The position numbers were made by a program, and so were the translations under genes. A stretch of 15,786 bases of DNA from Thermoproteota archaeon (GTDB taxonomy: Archaea > Korarchaeota > Korarchaeia > Korarchaeales > Korarchaeaceae), in NCBI GenBank assembly GCA_027491395.1, contig JAOZFI010000035.1:1-15786 (forward strand), in the 5' to 3' direction. Below the pieces are notes generated by a model. It worked only from the letters and a program-made list of their open reading frames with translations, searched no databases and was not told where the DNA came from. This document shows, in pieces, positions 9,043 to 15,786 of the stretch (position 1 is its first letter; the number at the start of each line of letters is the position of its first letter).

Positions 9043-9579
9043 ATCCGTGGGAATGGGAAGGTCCGTCAGGCCCTAGCGTACTTAACACAATTCATTCTCG
9101 GTTAAACTCAGGAAGTTGCCGTTCTCCCGTAGCCAGAAGCCTCTACTGCGACGACTTCATATTCCTCAACCTCCCTAAGTTAACTAGTTGCATCTCCCAC
9201 CAACCTTTACAGGAATCCGTAGTTCCCGGCGACCCCTAACCCAAACCACTATCAAGGGCCCTAGGTGTCATCTACAGCAACCAGTGTGCCTCATCTCATC
9301 GTTCCTTGAGATCATGACCGTCTTCGAGGATCCCCGCATGCTATCTTCAAAATTACGATGTTCTCTACGACATCATGCGGGTAACCTCGTTTCCCTGTTG
9401 AGGCCCTCTCACATCAAAGAACGTATTCGCCTCAGTTACTGACGACTCCTCCCCCCAGTTGAATGCAACATCGATTGCTTCAGCGATCATCCCCTACGAG
9501 GGAGCCGAGAAAGTTATCTCGGCAAGATGCAGTCTCGGTCCCCTAATAAAACTTATAATTTGTTAACTTATATGTTAAA

Positions 9580-10692
9580 ATGAACCTCTGGGAGAGTGTT
9601 CCCTTGTATAGGTTCGGAGTCTCTAAAGCTTCAGCTATCCTTCTCCTCCTCTTAGTCCTGCTGGTTGCGGGTATAACGTTCTACGTCTACCAACCTGGAG
9701 AGGTAACGACAGTTACATTGGTGACCACAGTAAGCACATCCACCGGTCCGACTGAGACCATGTCGAAGACATCGAGCCCACCTCGCACTTTAACTGTCAC
9801 AATGACTGGAACTGAGACTGAAAAAGAGACTAAGACCCGAACTGAGACGGTGACTACTACGATAACCACTACGGTCAGCTCAGGCGCCTCAACTGGAGCG
9901 ACTCAAACCAAATCCCCGACTACCAGAACCACTACAGGATCGACCACGCAGGCAACCCCTGAAATCCTGACAGCCGATCTCGTAAGCCCCTCTAGGATAT
10001 GGTTCTGTCCATCAAAGCCCGGTTATCCCTCTAGAGTACTCGAATACGACTTCTCCAAGGGACAATTGAAGATAATATTCGATCCCGCTTCCACGAGCTT
10101 GGTATCCTCATTCACACCCCATCCCGGCATCAAGGAGAAGGTCTACTACGCTAATGCGAACACCAACAAGATAATCCTCCGGCTCCTAGGATACGATAGA
10201 GAGATGGTGGCCTTTGAGCACAGCACTCGCGTGAGATGCGTGAGATTCGGACCCGGTGACCATCTCTACTTCAGCGAGGCCACCGGCGCTGGAGGCAACG
10301 GGAAAATCTACAGGATAATTAAGAATGAGGCGGAACTATATCTAGAGATCCCCCTAGATGGGGTTGGTGGGTACTGGGCTGGCGACTTTGAGTTAGCTCC
10401 CGATGGCACGCTCTACCTCTCTCAAGGAAATGTGATACCGGCTAAGCTGTTCGTGTACACGAATGGAAGGTTCGAGGAGGTCGCCAAGTTTCCATTCCCT
10501 GTTATGGGAATTGACTACGTGACAAATGCTAGATTGAGGACTCAAGGGGGGGTGGTCGTAGTGCAGAGAGGTCTCCTCATCTCCGATCACGGAAGCAGCA
10601 TCTACTTCTATGACTTAGACGGGGGAACAATATATCTAATCTACAGTAATAGCTCACTACATCGGATCAGTGATGTGGCCGTAGCCCCCTGA
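9580..10692 (+). CDS. Membrane-anchored surface protein: N-terminal TM, long Thr-rich stalk, C-terminal beta-propeller
   Basis: Hydrophobic ILLLLLVLLVAGITFYVY, then about 90 aa of T/S-rich linker. Blade motifs VRFGPGDHLYFS, FELAPDGTLYLS and ISDVAVAP. Confidence 0.8.
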   Translation: MNLWESVPLYRFGVSKASAILLLLLVLLVAGITFYVYQPGEVTTVTLVTTVSTSTGPTETMSKTSSPPRTLTVTMTGTETEKETKTRTETVTTTITTTVSSGASTGATQTKSPTTRTTTGSTTQATPEILTADLVSPSRIWFCPSKPGYPSRVLEYDFSKGQLKIIFDPASTSLVSSFTPHPGIKEKVYYANANTNKIILRLLGYDREMVAFEHSTRVRCVRFGPGDHLYFSEATGAGGNGKIYRIIKNEAELYLEIPLDGVGGYWAGDFELAPDGTLYLSQGNVIPAKLFVYTNGRFEEVAKFPFPVMGIDYVTNARLRTQGGVVVVQRGLLISDHGSSIYFYDLDGGTIYLIYSNSSLHRISDVAVAP

Positions 10693-10997
10693 TCGCTCAC
10701 CTTTTACTTCCTTACGTAGCACATTACCACCGCTGGAATTTGAGAGATAGACGAGGATTCTCATGGGGTTTCTAAGTGAGATCAAAGGAGGATAGCAGGG
10801 GTAGGGGTCCGTGAGCCCCAAGCCAGCTGTTAACCGCCTGAACTATCTGGTGAGACATAGGAGACCCGTGAGGGACAACGAACCGTCATCGTCGAAGAGA
10901 ATATGTTATGAGCGAACTCCACCGTGGCTGCTTAGCTCTCGAATCTTCGGAGTCGATCCTCCTTAACACCTTGACCTCATCGTGCGCCTGTTCTAGC

Positions 10998-11400
10998 GAC
11001 CTGATATCGGCCCCTAGAAATGGTCTCAACTTGATAATCGAAAGGGCTTCTCCAAGGTGCATCCAAGACTTGGAGTAGACCTCCTCCACCACGAGGTGAT
11101 ATATCCGAGAAGGAGCTAGAGGTCCGCTCAGGTGGATGGATGGACACCTGAGATTGAGTTATGCAGCGAGATAAGGGATCTCACGAAATTCTTGGGCTTC
11201 ATCACTTCCTCAGTGACAGGAGCCTGCTGGGAGAACTGGTGGAGGAGTTCCACGGCTTCAGGATGAGAGTATCTTTGGATAGGATGGTGACGAGGAACGG
11301 AGATATCATGTCGCTGAAAGTGGCTCTCCTGCTCGGGCGGTATCCAGGTCGTTTACTACCCTCCCGCGGGAACTCCGATTCCCTTAGGGATCTCACTTGA
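10998..11400 (+). pseudogene. Degraded paralog of the 4867-5676 gene
   Basis: Reconstructed DLISALEMVLNLIIERGFSKVHPRLG-VDLLHHEVIYPRRS*RSAQVDGWTPEIELCSEIRDLTKFLGFITSSVTGACWEN..STA-FRMRVSLDRMVTRNGD. It aligns collinearly with DTIMALEAVLNMISKRGFSEVSPRLGAVDFLYHEVIFPGRGERFAWVDEWASEVGLPREIRALTKLLDYAISLITGAKWVN..STAYLRMRASLDGLVVRDGA. There is a TAG at 11117-11119 plus several frameshifts. Confidence 0.85.
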
Positions 11401-11549
11401 ATCGGCGCGTGAGTTAGGACCTTCCATTTAAGGATCTCTCAGACAAGTAGACCTGGGATGTGATGGTGCGCGGATTCCCTGACCCCCGCATGTATTCGGT
11501 TAATATGACGACGGTGCTTTTAATTTAGGTTACAAACATCAGGTACAGT

Positions 11550-11830
11550 ATGGGTTCCCCGGTGGACTTCCTGAGGGAGAACGCTGAGTACTTCGAAGGG
11601 AAGCCTATGAAGCACTTGAGGAGGGTGCTTACAGCTTCGTCTTGTACTTCATCGATCAAGCCCTTCAGCTGTACCTCAAGTACATCCTAGCTAGGGAGGT
11701 AGGTAATTACCCAGAACCCACGGCTTCTCAACCTTTTCGAGGCTCTCTCGATAGGATCATCGACGGTGCTATGGACTTCTACAAGGAGAACTCTGATGTG
11801 TTCGATCTAGTAGAGGACGCATACCTGTCT
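11550..11830 (+). pseudogene. HEPN-domain gene relic (archaeal MNT-associated HEPN type), frameshifted and 3'-truncated
   Basis: MGSPVDFLRENAEYFE/EAYEALEEGAYSFVLYFIDQALQLYLKYIL...YP/THG...FDLVEDAYLS. The QAxQLYLK, P-x-TH and EDAY motifs are present, but the expected SRY and the C-terminal helix are missing. Confidence 0.75.
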
Positions 11831-11956
11831 GTGATGATCGTGGACCTGAATGAGAGAGGTGAGATAGTCGGATTGGAGATCATCAACTTCTCTAAGTCAG
11901 GCGTGGACCTAGATAAAATAGTTAGAGAAGGAGTGGAGAGTGCGGCGAAAATTTGA
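11831..11956 (+). pseudogene. C-terminal part of a DUF2283-like small protein, fused in frame to the HEPN relic
   Basis: VMIVDLNERGEIVGLEIINFSK matches the DUF2283 pattern D-x-x-x-x-G-x-I-V-G-(I/L)-E-I. Its own N-terminus is absent. Confidence 0.7.
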
Positions 11957-12214
11957 GGTGAAGGATAAGATACACACTTCATGTCATGGAGAGAATGGCT
12001 CAAAGGAGGATAAACAAGGAAGAGGTGGAAGAGTGCATAGAATCTCCTGATAGTTTAATCAGGGAAGAAGGAAGAAGTAGTTAGAGCAGTAAAGGACATG
12101 GGAGATAAGGTACTCGTGGTTGTTTACAGACTGGAAGGTGATCACGCCCTAGTGATAACAGCATTCAAATCATCAAAGAAGGAAAAGTACCTGAGGTTCT
12201 CCAGAGATTGCTAA
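11953..12214 (+). pseudogene. DUF4258 (RelE/BrnT-like putative toxin) gene, disrupted
   Basis: IRYTLHVMERMAQRRINKEEVEECIESPD.../EEVVRAVKDMGDKVLVVVYRLEGDHALVITAF. It has the H-x-x-ERM and VITA motifs, a frameshift in the GAAG repeats near 12064-12077 and a lesion at the start (TGA 11959-11961). Confidence 0.75.
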
Positions 12215-12679
12215 ATCCGTAGGAACTAGGAATTTTCTCTAGATAACTTAACACACGACAAATAACGCGGGATCGCGCGCGGCCTATCCATTAGGACCTA
12301 CCTCCTGCCTTTTAGGCCATCCAGGTACCTCCTCTCCCCTCATGATAGCTTCTATTGCCCTGTGTTTAGCTAGGGAAGGCTTATTCTTATCGTAGAAGGC
12401 TACGCATAACCCCCTTAAGCCGGTAATCATCAGCCAAGAGGCAGGCATGATCGAATACCTCCTGAGGACCTATCTCCCTCTTGGGTAATGTGTATTCCCT
12501 CGCCTCAGGCAGGAATACGGGAACACCGAAGCGGGGGAACGCTGAGAAAGCCGTCACGGTTCCTCCCTCCCATCCCGCTCTCTAATAGGGCTCGAGCTGA
12601 AGGGTAATGTAATCTAGCGTGGAGTTCCTGCAAAACAATGATGGGTTATTTACATCTCCCTATAGCACAATGGGAGAGG

Positions 12680-13129
12680 CTAGCATCTCCCATACTCCTC
12701 TATCAGGGATCTTTCATGGAGTATTCCCCCTGTCTCCTCACCCAGCCCCTCCAGAAACTTGATCAGAGGGTCATCTCTGGTCAGGAACATCAGATCCCTC
12801 GTCAGGGATGTCGTGTAAAGGAGCAGATCTATAAGGTCCTTGAAGCCACTCTTCCTAAGATCTAGGGCTTTCAGGTACCCTTCAACCGTCGGGTAGATGA
12901 GCTCAAACTCCTCCTCTATAGAATGGAGGCCCACTGCCACCCTGCCCATATCGTAGTTAGTCTTGCTTATCTTTCCCAATATCTCAATCATATTGAACTC
13001 CGTGTAATAAAACTCCGCTTTCCCGTCGGATCTGAGCCTCCCAAGTACTTCCAAGGCCTTACCAACACCCTCCACTTCGATTCCTAGGATGGGCAGTAGG
13101 TAAGTCGAGTCCAGAAGTATTCTAATCAC
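12680..13129 (-). CDS. vapC: PIN-domain VapC toxin
   Basis: ILLDSTYLLP...NMIE...DLIDLLLY...FLTRD. GTG13129 start overlaps the antitoxin stop. Confidence 0.88.
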   Translation of the reverse strand: MIRILLDSTYLLPILGIEVEGVGKALEVLGRLRSDGKAEFYYTEFNMIEILGKISKTNYDMGRVAVGLHSIEEEFELIYPTVEGYLKALDLRKSGFKDLIDLLLYTTSLTRDLMFLTRDDPLIKFLEGLGEETGGILHERSLIEEYGRC

Positions 13130-13367
13130 CGAAGAGCTCATCCTGCATCTCCTCGGACTCCCTCTCGAACTCCTCAAACGTGGTCTTGGCGAACTTGGGC
13201 CCCTTCAAAGCGAGCTCGAAGAGATCGGGTACCCGTTCGACGACTATTTTGGAGCCCTCCACCCTCATCTTCACATAGTCCCCTTCCTTGAGGCCCACAG
13301 CCCTAGCTATCGACTTGGGAATGTATAGGGTGAACTTCTTGGTGATCTTGGTCTTGACCTCAGACAT
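13122..13367 (-). CDS. vapB: AbrB/MazE/SpoVT-family antitoxin
   Basis: TKITKKFTLYIPKSIARAVGLKEGDYV swapped-hairpin motif, acidic C-terminus, AGGAGG RBS. Confidence 0.9.
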   Translation of the reverse strand: MSEVKTKITKKFTLYIPKSIARAVGLKEGDYVKMRVEGSKIVVERVPDLFELALKGPKFAKTTFEEFERESEEMQDELFGD

Positions 13368-13393
13368 CCTCCTTTACCCAGATACTAGAGAAT

Positions 13394-13418
13394 TCTCAGA
13401 TTTTAAGTATTTCTGAGA
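13394..13418 (-). promoter_or_regulatory. Promoter of abrB-vapC with a palindromic operator flanking the TATA box
   Basis: TCTCAGA-N11-TCTGAGA brackets the AT-rich TATA (TTAAAA on the minus strand), about 27-51 nt upstream of ATG13367. Confidence 0.65.
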
Positions 13419-13818
13419 TTATGTACGCGAAAGTGTGGTGAGTAAAGATTGACCTTACTCCGTAATTGCATCATTTCGTGAGTGCTGTATTAGCACCCCT
13501 TCACCGAAAACTGGGAGTCACACCTACCGGTCGGCGAGTTACTCGCCGAGGTTTTCTCCCTTATACTTGCATTCCCCACCGCGCGGATCTGGTACTCATC
13601 TTTGCGTGCCAGACTACTCGCGCGATGAGAGTGCCGAGGCCCCTCCCAGATAGCCCGCTACGCAGCCCGAGATTCCACCACATAGTCCCTCAAACTTGGA
13701 TACCTTTTCGTGGTTCGTGTACTTGGAGAGGAAGCCCTTAACTCGTCAGGAAAGACCCACATCTCAAGATCGGTGTATACCCTTCCAGTGACCCTCTAGG
13801 GGACGACGAGAGTCAACC

Positions 13819-14162
13819 TCATAGCTCGTAATTCATCAATATTACCTTCGAGCTGGGAAGCCCTCTGGCATAGTCCACAACGGCAGCTAGAAAGTTTTTA
13901 GCATCTCCCCTCTTATATTGCTTGCACTCAATCGTGAGTAAAGTGGTTTCAGGCTCCGTTATCGGTTCTAAAGTAGGGGAATAGTCTGGCTTTATTCCCT
14001 TTTCCTTCCCTTTCCGATTGGAGCATAGAAGGGGGATTTAAGTTCGCTCCATACATGCATCCTCCCTGGGCAGCTTCTTCCAAATGCATCAAGGCGCTTG
14101 TTCCCTATCGGATACTCTTTGGGAGTAAACTCATCTACTCTATCCGATTTCTTATATTGCAT
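13819..14162 (-). pseudogene. PD-(D/E)XK restriction-endonuclease-fold nuclease fragment, frameshifted
   Basis: ...MHVWSELKSPFYAPIGKGRK/GIKPDYS...TLLTIECKQYKRGDAKNFLAAVVDYARGLPSSKVILMNYEL*. PD and ExK catalytic motifs are present. One base is missing in a purine run near 13995-14005. Confidence 0.65.
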
Positions 14163-14322
14163 CTTAGAGCTTTTCTCGGTCCAATCTTTCCAACTTCTAT
14201 GTCTTCGTATTCTTCAACTTAAATTCTGCCCTAGTTACGATAATTAGTACTCTAAAACTGCTGGTGGAAGAAAGATAAGGCTATAAAATTGCGACAGGAC
14301 TTCTAACGGTGATATCGTAAAA

Positions 14323-14739
14323 GTGATCGGCGCCGTATTCCCGATACCCTCTCACCTCGTTGGGAGGATCTTCGAAGATGGAAGGAATGTGTTCCTCAAA
14401 CCCCCAACAGTCTACAAGGATCTCAAAAGAGGTTCTAAGATTTTGTTCTACGCTTCGGGCGATATAAGGGAGATAGTGGGGGAAGGAACTGCCGAGAAAG
14501 TCGAGTTGCTCAAGCCGGAGGAGGCGGTGAAGAGGTATGGAGGAAAGCTGTTCCTGGATCCGAACGAGGTAAGCGAGTACTTGAAGGGAAAGAAGAGGGC
14601 CTCCAAAGTCCTGGTAATAGTCCTGAAAGACCTAAAGAGGTATAAGAGGGGATACAAGCCTAAGAGGTTCATAACGGTGGCTGGAAAGAGGCTCACTGAG
14701 ACTGAGTACAAGGAGATATTGAGGGCTGTTGAGAAGTAA
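14323..14739 (+). CDS. DUF365-like PUA/ASCH-superfamily protein
   Basis: FPIP...RIFEDGRNVFLKP...GSKILFYAS...IVGEG...KLFL...EY pattern typical of archaeal DUF365. Confidence 0.75.
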   Translation: MIGAVFPIPSHLVGRIFEDGRNVFLKPPTVYKDLKRGSKILFYASGDIREIVGEGTAEKVELLKPEEAVKRYGGKLFLDPNEVSEYLKGKKRASKVLVIVLKDLKRYKRGYKPKRFITVAGKRLTETEYKEILRAVEK

Positions 14740-14760
14740 AAGTGATATTCAATAGTTACG

Positions 14761-15195
14761 CTACTCGCCCCTCTCCAAAGCTCTCTTGAGGAGTTTGAAG
14801 TCCCTCTCCGTTATCTTAGCCAATCCAGATCGTAGATGGGCTGCCCAGAACTGCTTATTCCTTATGAACTTCAGTTTTGGGACTAAGGGCTTGAACTCAA
14901 CCGGCTCCTCCGGAATGAGAACCTCCTTCAGCTTGACTCGGTTCGGGTAGATTCGCCCCTTGAATATCCTCTTAGTGTCCCGATAAGGCTCAGAGACGAC
15001 TTGGAAGAGGCCCGCTAAACGGGGAGGTAACAGGGTATCACCTCGTTTGGAGGACATGAGGTAGATGAAGAGGTAATCTCCCTCCTTGAGGCGCCTTATC
15101 AGGTTCTCCCTGCCCTCAGGAAGGCCCCAAACATGTTTGTCCCTGACGACGGGCCAATTTTCATCGTTTGTCACTGCGATATAGTAATTTGGCAT
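14761..15195 (-). CDS. EVE-domain protein (UPF0310-like, PUA superfamily)
   Basis: MPNYYIAVTNDENW.....VWG...LKEGDYLFIY...GLFQVVSEPY...YPNRVKL...L.FI...W...LRSG..I...DF. Start at ATG15195 with an AT-rich promoter about 25 nt upstream. Confidence 0.88.
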   Translation of the reverse strand: MPNYYIAVTNDENWPVVRDKHVWGLPEGRENLIRRLKEGDYLFIYLMSSKRGDTLLPPRLAGLFQVVSEPYRDTKRIFKGRIYPNRVKLKEVLIPEEPVEFKPLVPKLKFIRNKQFWAAHLRSGLAKITERDFKLLKRALERGE

Positions 15196-15594
15196 ACGAT
15201 TGTATGGAGATAATACTGATAATTTTATCGCCTTATGGCGAGTGACTCCGTCCTCGTATAAGCTATAACGGGAGAAGGTCCGAGGACGTCTACAGAGCCT
15301 CAGAATCAAGTCCGCCGCAGTTTCCTTCTAGGCTATGAAGTTAGAGCAATTTCCAGCTGACGCTTAGAAATAGGTAGGCTCTGCAGGTTTTGGTTAATCA
15401 AGGATTTTTATCGACCGAAATCACTCATAGGCTCCTGCGCAAAACCCACCCGATTATACACATAACCACGCGGTGAAACGACTCTAACAATCTCTTTTAC
15501 ATCCCAGAACTGATTATTGAACGCATACTTCACCTTAAAGGAAGTACTACCATAAGAGAGTAGATTTTTATCAATGCATCAGATTACCATGCCC

Positions 15595-15786
15595 TTATTC
15601 TTCAAGCCGGAGCATTTCTATGGTGCTAGCAGATATTATTACCACCATTCGCTTCTCCCTTAAGTACTCCAAAGACTTCTTCACGTTTGAGGCGAGTTTC
15701 TCAACGTTATCTTTTCTTATTCGCTCATCTATGTAAATTATACCGTACGCGGATCTCCTTCTCAGGTTCGATTTCAGGAAGTCACT
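15595..15786 (-). CDS. 3' end of an ORF entering from outside the window; possible P-loop ATPase fragment
   Basis: Open frame SDFLKSNLRRRSAYGIIYIDERIRKDNVEKLASNVKKSLEYLREKRMVVIISASTIEMLRLEE*. IIYIDE resembles a Walker B motif. Confidence 0.45.
   Translation of the reverse strand, partial: SDFLKSNLRRRSAYGIIYIDERIRKDNVEKLASNVKKSLEYLREKRMVVIISASTIEMLRLEE

Noticed and set aside
9043-9500. ORF 9188-9442 and minus-strand coding-like fragments (e.g. LREVEEYEVVAVEASGYG)
   Set aside because: No identifiable family and multiple stops. Possibly decayed DNA.
9607-9630. Class III (pilin-like) signal peptide in RFGVSK of the 9580 protein
   Set aside because: The -2 position is Phe rather than Lys/Arg, so the PibD consensus is not met.
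11161-11400. ORF first thought to be an AlkA-like glycosylase fragment; 11-bp direct repeat AGGGATCTCAC at 11174 and 11386
   Set aside because: Better explained as part of the 4867-paralog pseudogene. The repeat has no element-like context.
12296-12560. Short minus-strand ORF pieces (MTAFSAFPRFG... / VAFYDKNKPSLAKHRAIEAIMRGERRY)
   Set aside because: Coding-like but unassignable and under 60 aa per frame.
13466-13741. 91-aa plus-strand ORF
   Set aside because: Pro/Arg-rich composition atypical for this genome, and it overlaps the hairpin cluster.
1-15786. CRISPR array, tRNA/rRNA, transposase or integrase
   Set aside because: No regularly spaced repeats, cloverleaf/T-loop context or DDE/tyrosine-recombinase motifs were seen.

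Overview
Archaeal DNA, inferred from AGG/ATA-rich codons, TATA boxes about 25 nt upstream of starts and typical archaeal gene families; a thermophilic lineage such as Korarchaeota is a guess. The window looks like an accessory stress/defence island. It holds three intact toxin-antitoxin modules: RHH-VapBC, MntA-HepT and AbrB-VapC. It also holds three decayed TA loci that the ORF track misses or only partly captures: a vapBC relic, a HEPN relic fused to DUF2283, and a frameshifted DUF4258. Between these lie the 3' part of sixA, an acetoacetate-decarboxylase-family gene, DUF432+mscS, a metallophosphoesterase and two membrane-anchored Thr-rich beta-propeller surface proteins. An unknown secreted-looking protein (4867-5676) has a hidden degraded paralog at about 11.0-11.4 kb. 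The right end has convergent genes for two stand-alone PUA-like modified-base readers (DUF365-like and EVE), a frameshifted PD-(D/E)XK nuclease relic, a hairpin cluster and an AT-rich partial ORF with a Walker-B-like motif. No tRNA, rRNA, CRISPR array or transposase was seen. All family calls come from motif recognition by eye, not from database searches.
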